Source of the DNA: Alphaproteobacteria bacterium
GTDB taxonomy: Bacteria > Pseudomonadota > Alphaproteobacteria > CALKHQ01
Reading direction: 5' to 3'
Assembly (NCBI GenBank): GCA_965227515.1
Contig: CBDDFZ010000001.1
Location: forward strand, 3,424,001-3,488,000
DNA: 64,000 nt
The notes below the pieces were generated by a model. That model was not told where the DNA came from and made no database searches. It saw only the letters and a list, made by a program, of their open reading frames with translations. Positions 30,986 through 41,085 of this stretch are shown here, one piece after another. Both the position numbers and the translations under genes were made by a program. Numbering within the stretch: the stretch's first letter is position 1; each line of letters begins with the position of its first letter.

Positions 30986-31678
30986 GTGTTACGCCCCTTG
31001 AGGAGCCTGGTGTGCCAATTAGGTCTCGCCCTCGCCGTCGGCGCAGCCCTTGCCGCGCCGCTCGCGCCGCCGGCCTTCGCCGAGAGTCCGATCTCCGTCA
31101 CCGGCGTGCGCTTCGCCAATGTCGACCGGTTCCCGCGCTGGATGCGCGTGATCACCGCCCATTACCAGGACCTGCGCACGGCCACGGAGCAGTGCCGCCT
31201 CGGCTCCCAGATGTACTGCTACCTGATCAACTATGAGCAGTATCTCGTTGGTTTAAGGCCAGAAACCCCGCTTGAGCAAATCGCCAAGGTCAACCTTTAC
31301 GTCAACCAGTTCGACTATGAGGAGGACTCGCGCAATTTCGGCGAAGTGGACTACTGGGCCACGCCGCTGGAATTCTTCCAGGCCAATGGCGACTGCGAGG
31401 ATTTTGCCATCGCCAAGTACTTCGCACTGCGCAGGCTTGGTTTCAGCGACGGCGACCTGCGCATCGTGGTGGTGCACGACACCGCGCGCAACGTGCAGCA
31501 CGCCTATCTGCGGGTGACGATCAACGGCCACCGCCTGGCGTTGGACAGCGTGACCAACGACATCAACTTCGAAAGCGACCTGGGCCAGTACACGCCGATC
31601 TACTCGTTGAATGCAGAGGCGTGGTGGCTGCACGACCAGCGATTCCTGAACGTCGGCATTCCCTCGGCGGGGCAGTAA
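30986..31678 (+). CDS. Transglutaminase-like cysteine peptidase (BTLCP/LapG, C93)
   Basis: DYWATP.EF...GDCEDFAIAKY and HAYL...ALD catalytic triad; signal peptide. Confidence 0.92.
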   Translation: MLRPLRSLVCQLGLALAVGAALAAPLAPPAFAESPISVTGVRFANVDRFPRWMRVITAHYQDLRTATEQCRLGSQMYCYLINYEQYLVGLRPETPLEQIAKVNLYVNQFDYEEDSRNFGEVDYWATPLEFFQANGDCEDFAIAKYFALRRLGFSDGDLRIVVVHDTARNVQHAYLRVTINGHRLALDSVTNDINFESDLGQYTPIYSLNAEAWWLHDQRFLNVGIPSAGQ

Positions 31679-31793
31679 GGCGCCAGCCTCCGCACGGTCG
31701 CGAGTCATAATCCGTTAAGCTAGTCGTAGCATTCTGGTGACGATTGCGATCCCGCGCGGCGAACGGCTGCGCTGAACCCTCAGGAGAACCCGC

Positions 31794-31976
31794 TTGAGTG
31801 CCATTGGCGACATTCTCGGCGTGCGCTTGGACACCGCGCTCAATGCGCTGAAGGAGTCCGCGACCCGCGACCGGACGGCCGTCTCCCTGGTCGATCAGGC
31901 CGTGGACGACGCCAAGGCAAGCGCACCGGCGCCGACCAGCGGCCCGCGCGGCACCAATCTCGACATCGTGGTTTGA
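31794..31976 (+). CDS. Small hypothetical protein (YjfB-like C-terminus)
   Basis: AGGAG RBS with TTG start; ends RGTNLDIVV. Confidence 0.6.
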   Translation: MSAIGDILGVRLDTALNALKESATRDRTAVSLVDQAVDDAKASAPAPTSGPRGTNLDIVV

Positions 31977-32037
31977 TCAGAAATCATTTTAAGAAACAGT
32001 CACAAGAATCTGAATTTAATGCATAACTTAGCACGCT

Positions 32038-32511
32038 TTAGCCTTTGTCGCGCATCAGGCGCGCCTTTTGCCGCTGCCAGTCCCGCTCTTTCGTCGTCTC
32101 GCGCTTGTCGAACTTCCGCTTGCCGCGCGCTACGCCCAGATTGACCTTCGCAAAGCCCCTGTCGTTGAAGAAGATCGACAACGGCACCAGGGTCACGCCC
32201 TCGCGCTGCACCGCGCCGATCAGGCGACCGATCTGGCGCTTGTGCAGCAGCAGTTTGCGCGGCCGGCGGGACTCGTGGTTCAGCCCCTTCGCCGCCTTGC
32301 CGTATTCCGGAATGTAAGCGTTGTAGATGACGATCTCGCCGGCCTGCTCGGCGGCGTAGGCGTCGGCCAGGTTGGCCCGGCCGTCGCGCAGCGACTTCAC
32401 CTCCGAGCCGGTCAGGACGATGCCCGCTTCCAGCGTGTCGTCGATGAAATAGTCATGCCGCGCCTTGCGGTTTTCCGCCACCGTGCGGTGGGTATGCCGG
32501 GGCGCGGCCAT
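32038..32511 (-). CDS. smpB: SsrA-binding protein SmpB
   Basis: [30 protein letters not shown] and GKRKFDKRE. Confidence 0.98.
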   Translation of the reverse strand: MAAPRHTHRTVAENRKARHDYFIDDTLEAGIVLTGSEVKSLRDGRANLADAYAAEQAGEIVIYNAYIPEYGKAAKGLNHESRRPRKLLLHKRQIGRLIGAVQREGVTLVPLSIFFNDRGFAKVNLGVARGKRKFDKRETTKERDWQRQKARLMRDKG

Positions 32512-32548
32512 GACTTCGGTACCGTTGCAGAGCCGGAAGCCGTGCCGG

Positions 32549-33424
32549 TCAGTTGATCAGGCCGGCATGGCGCATGGCGGCACGCACCGCCTCCTGCGTC
32601 TCCGGCTGAGTACCGACCAACGGCAGGCGCAGCTCGTCGCTGCACTTGCCGAGCACCGAGGCGCCGAACTTGGCCGGGGCCGGGCTGGATTCGATGAAGA
32701 GCGCCTTGTTCAACGGATAGAGCTGGCGGTTCAGGGCCACCGCCTCGTCCGCACGCCCACCCTTCCAGGCATCGTGCATGCGCTTGCACAGCCCCGGCGC
32801 CACGTTCGCGGTCACCGAGATGCAGCCATGTCCGCCAGACGCCAGGAATGACAGCGCCGTCGCATCCTCGCCGGACAGTTGGCAGAAGTCCGGCCCGACC
32901 AGGTCGTACATCGCCAGCGGGCGCGCCAGATCCTGGGTCGCATCCTTCACGCCCACGATGTTCGGGTGCGCGGCCAGCTTCGCCATCGTGGCCGGCAGGA
33001 TGTCGATCACCGAGCGCGGCGGGATGTTGTAGATCACGATCGGCAGGTCCACCGCATCGGCAATGGCGGTGTAATGCGCCGTCAGACCGGCCTGGGTCGG
33101 CTTGTTGTAGTAAGGCGCCACCACCAGGGCCGCATCGGCGCCCGCCGCCTTGGCGTGCTTCGTCAGCATGATCGCCTCGGCGGTCGAGTTCGAACCGGTC
33201 CCGGCCATCACCGGCACACGGCCCGCGGCCGCCTCGATGCACAGCTCGACGACCCGTTTGTGCTCTTCGTGGGTCAGCGTGGGCGATTCACCGGTGGTGC
33301 CGACCGGCACCAGCCCGTCGGTTCCCTCGGCGATCTGCCACTCCACGAATTGCTGAAACGCGTCTTCGTCGATCCCACCGTCGCGGAACGGCGTGATCAG
33401 CGCAACGAACGACCCGGTGAACAT
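32549..33424 (-). CDS. dapA: 4-hydroxy-tetrahydrodipicolinate synthase
   Basis: [23 protein letters not shown] and GVKDA. Confidence 0.97.
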   Translation of the reverse strand: MFTGSFVALITPFRDGGIDEDAFQQFVEWQIAEGTDGLVPVGTTGESPTLTHEEHKRVVELCIEAAAGRVPVMAGTGSNSTAEAIMLTKHAKAAGADAALVVAPYYNKPTQAGLTAHYTAIADAVDLPIVIYNIPPRSVIDILPATMAKLAAHPNIVGVKDATQDLARPLAMYDLVGPDFCQLSGEDATALSFLASGGHGCISVTANVAPGLCKRMHDAWKGGRADEAVALNRQLYPLNKALFIESSPAPAKFGASVLGKCSDELRLPLVGTQPETQEAVRAAMRHAGLIN

Positions 33425-33720
33425 CTTCGTTCGTCCCAATGTTGCTGTGCAGGGTTGAAAGGCCGCGCACCTTAGACGGATGGCGGCGGCGGTTCAACAG
33501 AAGGTGCACGTTGGCGGCGGCGCAAACGGCCCGGCGGATTTCACCGTGCCGGCAAGACCTTCTATAGTCGCGAGAGACCGAGTCGCGATGGCCCGGCGGG
33601 ACATAGTTGCCCGCGGAATGTGGCCATGACGGCGACACCCCTGGGTCGACACCGCGCTTGAAGGGCGTCGCAGGGGCACTTCGGATGCCAGCAAACAGGC
33701 CAGCAGTCAGGATGGATGCC

Positions 33721-35724
33721 ATGTCGATAGCCAAAGCGTTCCGGGCTCAATGGGCGGGGTTGCCCGCCACTGTCGGGGCCATGGCAGTTGCGGTGTGGGC
33801 GTTGGCGCCGGGTGCGCATGCAACCACCCTGAACAGCCAGGACATGGCGACCTACGGCGCCGCGTTCGACGCCATCGACGCCGGCAACCCGGCCAGCGCG
33901 GTCGCCATCGCCCAGAACGGCACCCACCCGACGGCGCAGAAGATCATCCTGTGGCTGGCGCTGGCCGACCGCGATTATGGCGCCGGCTTCCAGGACCTCG
34001 CCGCCTTCATCAGCGCCAATCCGAACTGGCCCCGGCTCGACACCTTGCGGCGCAGGGCCGAGGAAGTCATGGCCAGCGACATGCCCGCCGGCCAAGTGGT
34101 GGCCTGGTTCGCCAGCAATCCCCCGGTTTCCACAGAGGGGCACATCCGGCACATCAACGCCCTGATCGCGACCGGCGCCAGCGATGCGGCAGTCAGTGCC
34201 GCGCGGACGGCCTGGGTCGAGGACGATATGTCGGCCAACCAGCAGACAGCGTTCCTGGCCGCGTTTGCCGGTTACCTGCGCGCGGACGACCACATCGCCA
34301 GGGTGGACCGGTTGCTGTGGGACGAGGAATCGGACCAGGCCCGGCGCATGCTGCCGCTGCTCGACCCGGCACAGGGCGCGTTGGCGAATGCGCGCATTCT
34401 GCTGATGAACCAGTTGCCCGGCGTCGACGACGCGGTCGCCGCGGTGCCGGAGGCGCTGAAGAGCCACCCCGGGCTGATCTACGAGCGGCTGCGCTGGCGG
34501 CGGCGCGCCGGCTTCGACGACAGTGCGCGCGAATTGCTGGATCTGGCGCCCTACAATCCGCCCAGCGAACGAGACTGGTGGGTGGAGCGCAACATCCTGG
34601 TCCGCAATGCGCTGCGCGACGGCATGATCAGCGAGGCCTACCGGCACGCGGCCGCTCACCGGCAGACCGGCGGGGTCTACTACCTGGAGGCGGAGATGAC
34701 TGCCGGGTGGCTGGCGCTCAGCTTCCTGAACGAGCCACAGCCGGCCTACGGCCACTTCCAAAAGCTCTATGCCGCGGCGGAAACGCCAATCAGCCTGGCC
34801 CGCGGCGCCTATTGGTCCGGCCGCGCCCTGGAGGCGCTGGGCGACATCGCCAACGCCAACCAGTGGTACGGCGTCGCGGCGGGATTCCCCCAGGTCTACT
34901 ACGGCCAGCTCGCGCTTGCCCAGCTCAACCCGGATGCGCCGCTGATCCTGCCCGCCGGGCCGTCGCCGCTGGCGCCCAATGACGTCGCCGCGTTCGCCGC
35001 CACCGAGTTCGCGACGGCCGTGCGCGTGCTCGACGACCTTGGCGAGGACCGGCTGGTCGCGACGTTCTTCTGGGCGATGCTGCAGGATGCCGAGACCACC
35101 CGCGACTACCAGCACATCGCCGCGCTGGCCGACGGCATGGGGCGGATCGAGATGGCGGTGTGGGCCGCCCGCCGCGCCGCGCGCAATCTGGACCTGTTGT
35201 ATGAGGGCTACCCTGTGATCGAGGTGCCGTCGTCGGCCGCGGCGGTCGAGATGCCGCTGATCCATGGCCTGATCCGTCAGGAAAGCGGCTTCGATGTCGG
35301 CGCCATCAGCCCGGCTGGTGCGCGCGGCCTGATGCAACTGATGCCCGGCACCGCGCAGCACGTCGCCGCCCAACTCGGCATCGCCACCAGCAACGGGCTG
35401 CTTACGTCCGACGCCGAGCACAACATCCGCCTCGGCTCCACCTATCTGGCCGACCGGCTGGACCAGTTCGGCGGCTCCTACATCATGGCGGCGGCGGGCT
35501 ACAACGCCGGCCCCAACCGGGTGCTGAGCTGGATCGATACCTATGGCGATCCGCGCATGGCCGATGTAGACCCGATCGACTGGGTGGAGATGATCCCGTT
35601 CCGCGAGACCCGCAACTACGTGCAGCGGGTGCTGGAAGGGGCGCAGATCTATCGGGTCCGCCTGGGTGAGGCGCCCACGGCGAGCTCCATCCTGCGCGAC
35701 CTCACGCGTGGCAGGTTCCAATAA
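33721..35724 (+). CDS. slt: Soluble lytic murein transglycosylase (Slt70-like)
   Basis: RQESGF, GARGLMQLMP, AGYNAGP and IPFRETRNYVQRV. The smpB-dapA-slt synteny is typical of alphaproteobacteria. Confidence 0.93.
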   Translation: MSIAKAFRAQWAGLPATVGAMAVAVWALAPGAHATTLNSQDMATYGAAFDAIDAGNPASAVAIAQNGTHPTAQKIILWLALADRDYGAGFQDLAAFISANPNWPRLDTLRRRAEEVMASDMPAGQVVAWFASNPPVSTEGHIRHINALIATGASDAAVSAARTAWVEDDMSANQQTAFLAAFAGYLRADDHIARVDRLLWDEESDQARRMLPLLDPAQGALANARILLMNQLPGVDDAVAAVPEALKSHPGLIYERLRWRRRAGFDDSARELLDLAPYNPPSERDWWVERNILVRNALRDGMISEAYRHAAAHRQTGGVYYLEAEMTAGWLALSFLNEPQPAYGHFQKLYAAAETPISLARGAYWSGRALEALGDIANANQWYGVAAGFPQVYYGQLALAQLNPDAPLILPAGPSPLAPNDVAAFAATEFATAVRVLDDLGEDRLVATFFWAMLQDAETTRDYQHIAALADGMGRIEMAVWAARRAARNLDLLYEGYPVIEVPSSAAAVEMPLIHGLIRQESGFDVGAISPAGARGLMQLMPGTAQHVAAQLGIATSNGLLTSDAEHNIRLGSTYLADRLDQFGGSYIMAAAGYNAGPNRVLSWIDTYGDPRMADVDPIDWVEMIPFRETRNYVQRVLEGAQIYRVRLGEAPTASSILRDLTRGRFQ

Positions 35725-35740
35725 CTGGCATTCGACTTCC

Positions 35741-36991
35741 ATGACCGACTTCCCGATCGAGGCCGTGCGCGCACGGTTTCCCGCCCTGACGTTGCGCGAC
35801 GACGGCGTGCCGCGCATCTATTTCGACAATCCGGCCGGCACCCAGGTGCCCGACATGGTGCTGGACGCCATGCGCGCCGCGATGGTGGAGAAATGCGCCA
35901 ACTTGGGCGGCCCGTTCCGCACCAGCATCGCCGCCGACGCGCTGATGGACGAAGGGCGACGCGCCATGGCGGACATGCTGAACGCTCCCTCGCCCAACAG
36001 CATCGTGTTCGGCCAGAACATGACGTCGCTGACGCTGCATATGTCGCGCTGCCTGGGTCATCGCTTCTCGGCCGGCGACGAGATCGTGCTGTCGCGCATG
36101 GATCACGATGCCAATGTGGCGCCATGGGTGCTGCTGGCCGAGGACCTGGGCCTGACGGTGCGCTGGCTCGACTTCGACCCGGACACCGGCACCTTCCCCG
36201 ACGACGCCATCGGCCGCGTGCTGACGCCGCGCACCAAGCTGGTCGCCGTGGGGCTGGCCAGCAACGTGCTCGGCACCGTCAACGATGCGGCGCGCATCAC
36301 GGCGGCGGCGAAGGATGCCGGCGCGCTGGTCTACATCGACGCGGTGCAGTTCGCGCCGCACCGGCCCGTCGACGTCGCCGCGCTGGGGTGCGACTTCCTG
36401 GTCTGCTCGGCCTACAAGTTCTTCGGGCCCCATGTCGGTGTGCTGTGGGGGCGCGAGGACCTGCTGAACGAGACCTTCGCCTACAAGGTGCGGCCGGCCG
36501 GCAGCCGTGCGCCGGAACGCTTCGAGACCGGGACCCAAAACCACGAGGGCATCGCCGGCGTCACCGCCGCCGTCGACTACCTGGCCTGGCTGGGCGAGCG
36601 GACCGGCACGGATGGCGGGGACCGCCGCCATCGGCTGGTCGCGGGGCTTGCCGCCGCCACCGGCCACGAGGACGGATTGGCGCTGCGGCTGATGGACGGT
36701 GTGCGCGATATCCCGGGCACCACCATCCATGGCGTCGCCAGCGCGAACGCCATCCATCTGCGGGTGCCGACGGTCTCGATCACCATCGAGGGCCACCACC
36801 CGACCGACCTCGCCAACGCGCTCGCCGACGCCAACATCTTCACCTGGAACGGCCATTCCTATGGCGTGGAGCCGGTGAAGCGCCTCGGCCTGCTGGAGTC
36901 TGGTGGCGTGCTGCGCATCGGCCTTGCCCACTACAACACCGCCGCCGAGGTCGACCGCTGCCTTGAGGTGCTGCACGAGATCGCCGGATGA
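35741..36991 (+). CDS. Cysteine desulfurase-like aminotransferase class V
   Basis: YFDNPAGTQVP, DHDANVAPW, DAVQ, CSAYKFFGPH and ETGT. Confidence 0.9.
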   Translation: MTDFPIEAVRARFPALTLRDDGVPRIYFDNPAGTQVPDMVLDAMRAAMVEKCANLGGPFRTSIAADALMDEGRRAMADMLNAPSPNSIVFGQNMTSLTLHMSRCLGHRFSAGDEIVLSRMDHDANVAPWVLLAEDLGLTVRWLDFDPDTGTFPDDAIGRVLTPRTKLVAVGLASNVLGTVNDAARITAAAKDAGALVYIDAVQFAPHRPVDVAALGCDFLVCSAYKFFGPHVGVLWGREDLLNETFAYKVRPAGSRAPERFETGTQNHEGIAGVTAAVDYLAWLGERTGTDGGDRRHRLVAGLAAATGHEDGLALRLMDGVRDIPGTTIHGVASANAIHLRVPTVSITIEGHHPTDLANALADANIFTWNGHSYGVEPVKRLGLLESGGVLRIGLAHYNTAAEVDRCLEVLHEIAG

Positions 36992-37995
36992 ACGAGATGG
37001 CCCCAGTCTCGGCGGTGCCACCAGTCACCATCGCCGACATCGAGGCGGCGGCGGCGCGCCTGGACGGCCATGCGGTCCGCACGCCCTTGCTGGAGATGCG
37101 CGCGCTGGGCGACCGGCTGGGTGCCCGGGTGCTGGTGAAGCCGGAGCCGCTGCAGCGCACCGGGTCGTTCAAGTTCCGGGGAGCTTTCAACCGCTGCCAG
37201 TTGATCCCGGCGGCAGACCGGGCGCGCGGCGTGGTCGCGTTCTCGTCCGGCAATCACGCACAGGGCGTGGCGGCCTCGGCCAACATCATGGGCATGCCGG
37301 CGACTATCGTGATGCCGGCCGACGCGCCGGCCATCAAACGCGCCAACACAATAGCGCTCGGCGCCGAAGTGGTCGACTACGACCGCGCCGCCGACAACCG
37401 CGAGGCCATTGCGGCGGATATCATCGCGCGAACCGGCGCCACCCTGATCCGACCCTATGACGACCCCGGCATCATCGCCGGCCAGGGCACGGTGGGGCTG
37501 GAGATCGCGCAAGGCTGCCAGGCGCGCGGCATCGTGCCGGATATCGCGGTGACGCCGGTGGGCGGCGGCGGTCTCATCGCCGGCACCGCCACCGCGCTGA
37601 CCGCGCTGGTGCCCGGCATCCAGGTCCTTGGCGCAGAGCCGGCGGGCTATGACGATACCGCACGCTCGCTGGCCGCCGGCGAGCGGGTGGCCAACGACAT
37701 GACCGGACAGTCGTTCTGCGATGCCCTGCTGGCGCGCACCCCCGGCGAGCTGACGTTCTCGATCAATCGCCGGCTGCTGGCCGGCGGTCGCGCGGTGACC
37801 GATGCGCAGGTGGCAACCGCCATGCGCGAGGCGTTCGAGACCCTGAAGATCGTCGTCGAGCCCGGCGGCGCGGTGGCACTGGCGGCCCTGCTGGCTGGCT
37901 ATGTGGACTGCCGCGGCAAGACGGTCGTGGTGGTGTTGTCGGGCGGCAATGTCGACCGCGAGATCTATGCGGAGGTTCTGGCCGGCGTGAGATAA
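36988..37995 (+). CDS. Threonine/serine dehydratase family protein
   Basis: LQRTGSFKFRGA, SSGNHAQG, PVGGGGL, EPGGA and LSGGN; ATGA overlap with the upstream gene. Confidence 0.92.
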   Translation: MNEMAPVSAVPPVTIADIEAAAARLDGHAVRTPLLEMRALGDRLGARVLVKPEPLQRTGSFKFRGAFNRCQLIPAADRARGVVAFSSGNHAQGVAASANIMGMPATIVMPADAPAIKRANTIALGAEVVDYDRAADNREAIAADIIARTGATLIRPYDDPGIIAGQGTVGLEIAQGCQARGIVPDIAVTPVGGGGLIAGTATALTALVPGIQVLGAEPAGYDDTARSLAAGERVANDMTGQSFCDALLARTPGELTFSINRRLLAGGRAVTDAQVATAMREAFETLKIVVEPGGAVALAALLAGYVDCRGKTVVVVLSGGNVDREIYAEVLAGVR

Positions 37996-38187
37996 CGGCC
38001 CGATCGCGTTTCAACACTGGGGCCTGTGTTTTTCATCACACCCCCTGCCCGGTTTGCGGCACAATTGCCGCGCCACCGTCGCAATCGCATCCCACCTGTT
38101 GGCGGTCACAAAAGCGGTCGTACCCTTCCGGCGGGCCGCATGTTCCAGGTCGACACCTCTCCACGCGGCTCACAATGGAGGCCACTC

Positions 38188-38391
38188 ATGTCCAACACGA
38201 CCCGTTCGATTTCCGCCCAGCCCCGCACTCGCCTGGCGCTGGCCGGCCTGTCGCTGGTGCTGCTCGGTGCCGTTGCCGGCTGCGGCACGACCGCGACCCC
38301 CGGCATCACCGTGGACCAGTGCACCCAGAACGGCGGCACCTGGGTGGCCGATCCGTCCAGCCCCTACGGCTACGGCACCTGCACCGAGTAG
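38188..38391 (+). CDS. Small lipoprotein (67 aa)
   Basis: GGAGG RBS, lipobox VAGC and a C..NGG.W...C motif. Confidence 0.7.
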   Translation: MSNTTRSISAQPRTRLALAGLSLVLLGAVAGCGTTATPGITVDQCTQNGGTWVADPSSPYGYGTCTE

Positions 38392-38399
38392 GTTGAGGC

Positions 38400-40139
38400 T
38401 CAAGACCCGCCGTTGCGACCGTGCCCCGGGCGGGCGCGGTCCATGGCGCGGGTGAGCAGGATCACCGGCAGCAGCCCGAACAGCACGATGGCGAGGCCGA
38501 AGCCCGACGCCTCGTCCAGCCGCTGGTCGGACGCGAGGCGGTAGGTCTGAACCGCCAGCGTATCGAAGTTGAACGGCCGCACGATCAAGGTGGCCGGCAG
38601 TTCCTTCATCACATCCACGAACACCAGGATCGCGGCGGTCAGCACGCCGCCCAGCACCATCGGCACGTGCACCCGGCGCAGCGCGGAGAGCGGACCGCAG
38701 CCGAGCGTGCGCGCTGCCCCGTCGATGCTGGGGCGCACCTTCTTCAGGCTTGAATCGATCGGGTTGACGGCGACCGCCAGGAACCGCACCAGATAGGCGA
38801 ACACCAGCGCCGCAATGGTGCCGGTCAGCAGCAGGCCGGTGTCGATGCCGAACCAGCGCTCCGCCAGGGCATCGACCGCGTTGTCGAGCGCCGCCAGCGG
38901 CACCAGGATGCCAATGGCGATCACCGACCCCGGCACCGCGTAGCCCAACGTCGCGACGCTGGTCGCCGGCGGCACCACCCCGCGCGGGCGCAAGCGCTTC
39001 GCGTAGCACAGCACCAGTGCCAGCACGACACCGACAGCGGCGGCCGTCCCCGCCAGGATCAGGCTGTTGCCGGCCGAGGCCAGGAACTTGGTGCCGAAGC
39101 TGGTCGACGGCTCAGCGAGCGCCCGTACCGCAAGGTCGATGGCCGGTATGGCAAACCCCAGGCACACCGGAATGGCGCAGGCCAGCGTGGCCGCGATGCG
39201 CTTGCCACCGGTCAATTCATGCCGGGCCTGGCTGCGATAGCGGTTGGTGGCATGGTGGTACTTGGCGAAGCCGCGGGTCCAGCGCTCCAGCGCGATCAGG
39301 CAGAACACGAACACCAGCAGCACGGCGGCCAGTTGCATCGCCGCGACCACGTCGCCCAGGCCGAACCAGGTGCGGTAGATGCCCGTCGTGAACGTCTGCA
39401 CCCCGAAGAAGTCGACCGTGCCGAAGTCGTTCAGGGTCTCCATCAGCGCCAGCGCCGTACCGCCGGCAATCGCCGGGCGCGCCAGCGGAAGTCCGACCCG
39501 GCGGAAGGCACCCCACGGCCCGCAGCCAAGCGTGCGGCTGACCTCCAGCACGCACACGCATTGCTGGCTGAGTGCCGCCCGTGTCATCAGGTAGACGTAT
39601 GGATAAAGCGCCAGAGTGAGCATGATGACCGCGCCCGGTAGCGACCGGATCTCCGGGAACCAGTACTCGCGCTTTGTCGTCCAGCCGAACACGTCGCGCA
39701 GGGCCGATTGCACCGGGCCGCTGTAGTCCAGCATGTCGGTGTAGACGTAGGCCAGCAGATAGGCCGGCAGGGCCAATGGCAATAGCAGTGCCCATTCCAG
39801 CAGCCGGCGGCCGGGAAACCGGCACGTGGTGACCAGCCAGGCGGTGCCGGCGCCGATGGCGACGACGCCGAACCCCACCCCCACCATCAACAGAAGCGAG
39901 TTGACGACGTAGATCGCGAGATTGGTCTCGACGAGATGCTGCCACGCGGTGCCGTCGGACTGGCCGACATTTCCGATGACGGTGAGGATCGGGATCGAGA
40001 TCAGGACCGCAATGGCGATGGCCGCGATGGTCCAGCCATCCAGCCCGCGCAACCTGTCGCGCACGCGCCGGCGCGGCACATCGGGATGCGGAGGCTTGGC
40101 GGCGGCGCCCTCCGGCAGGGCCGTCGGCCCCGCGATCAT
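38400..40139 (-). CDS. fbpB: Fe3+ ABC transporter permease (FbpB/FutB)
   Basis: FPGRR..EWALLLPLALPAY, METLNDFGTV and KELPATLIVRPFNFDTLA. Confidence 0.92.
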   Translation of the reverse strand: MIAGPTALPEGAAAKPPHPDVPRRRVRDRLRGLDGWTIAAIAIAVLISIPILTVIGNVGQSDGTAWQHLVETNLAIYVVNSLLLMVGVGFGVVAIGAGTAWLVTTCRFPGRRLLEWALLLPLALPAYLLAYVYTDMLDYSGPVQSALRDVFGWTTKREYWFPEIRSLPGAVIMLTLALYPYVYLMTRAALSQQCVCVLEVSRTLGCGPWGAFRRVGLPLARPAIAGGTALALMETLNDFGTVDFFGVQTFTTGIYRTWFGLGDVVAAMQLAAVLLVFVFCLIALERWTRGFAKYHHATNRYRSQARHELTGGKRIAATLACAIPVCLGFAIPAIDLAVRALAEPSTSFGTKFLASAGNSLILAGTAAAVGVVLALVLCYAKRLRPRGVVPPATSVATLGYAVPGSVIAIGILVPLAALDNAVDALAERWFGIDTGLLLTGTIAALVFAYLVRFLAVAVNPIDSSLKKVRPSIDGAARTLGCGPLSALRRVHVPMVLGGVLTAAILVFVDVMKELPATLIVRPFNFDTLAVQTYRLASDQRLDEASGFGLAIVLFGLLPVILLTRAMDRARPGHGRNGGS

Positions 40140-40245
40140 GCTCGTCTCAGACAATCCGTTTCCCGCAGCGCCCCTGTTGCCGGGCCGCACCCTGTCAGCC
40201 CGGTCACGGCACCTGCCCTGTATATCGAGGGCGTGCCGCTCAACT

Positions 40246-40265
40246 AATTGCGACTAACTCTCATT
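40246..40265. promoter_or_regulatory. Fur-box-like iron-regulatory palindrome
   Basis: AATTGCGACTAACTCTCATT (TGCGA-N5-TCTCA) about 110 nt upstream of fbpB. Confidence 0.65.
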
Positions 40266-40430
40266 CGCGAATGTAGGGCGGGATACACGGGTTGCGCAAG
40301 CGCCATAACGACACAGGCGCTACGTGGCGCGCCCCAGCAGGCGCGCTGGTCAGAAACAGGGGATGCGAAGTCCCGCCGGCCCCGGATCGCGCCCGATAGG
40401 CGTCAACGTCCCGGGGACAGCGGGCAAACG

Positions 40431-40967
40431 TCAGCGCGGCGCCACCACCATGGCCATCTGGCGGCCTTCCAGGCGGGGCATCTGCTCCACCTTGGCCAGC
40501 TCGTCCAGATCGTCGCGAACCCGGTTCAGTACCTTGAGACCCAGTTCCTGGTGCGCCATCTCGCGTCCGCGAAAGCGCATGGTGATCTTCACCTTGTCGC
40601 CTTCATGCAGGAAGCCGAACATCTTCTTCATCTTCACGTCATAGTCGTGACTGTCGATGTTCGGGCGCATCTTGATTTCTTTGACGGTGATCTGCTTCTG
40701 CTTCTTGCGGGCCTCGTTCTTGCGCTTCTGATCCTCGTACTTGAACTTGCCATAGTCGAGAATCTTGCACACTGGCGGGCTCGCATTGGGCGAGACCATC
40801 ACCAGGTCGAGCCCGGCATCCTCGGCCAGCCGCAATGCGGCATCGCGGCCGAACACGCCCAGCATTTCACCATCGGCACCGACGACGCGAACTTCGCGCG
40901 CATCGATCGTCTCATTGACCGGCGGTCCGTCACGGACCGGATTCAGGTCGATTGCTGGCCTAGCGAT
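40431..40967 (-). CDS. infC: Translation initiation factor IF-3 (non-canonical ATC start)
   Basis: [32 protein letters not shown] and FRGRE. AGGAG, then an in-frame TAG, then ATC at 40967. Confidence 0.95.
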   Translation of the reverse strand: MARPAIDLNPVRDGPPVNETIDAREVRVVGADGEMLGVFGRDAALRLAEDAGLDLVMVSPNASPPVCKILDYGKFKYEDQKRKNEARKKQKQITVKEIKMRPNIDSHDYDVKMKKMFGFLHEGDKVKITMRFRGREMAHQELGLKVLNRVRDDLDELAKVEQMPRLEGRQMAMVVAPR

Positions 40968-41085
40968 CTATGTATCTCCTCTATCGCCTCGCATTTCCGT
41001 GCCGGATAAAGCCTGCGACGATGACGCGATATCCGCGCGACCGCCGCCCGGGCACAACCTCGACACACGTACGGGCCGGCCCCTT

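Noticed and set aside
30986-31678. Complete LapA/LapD/LapG adhesin control system
   Set aside because: No LapD, type I secretion system or RTX adhesin is in the window, and stand-alone BTLCPs are common in alphaproteobacteria.
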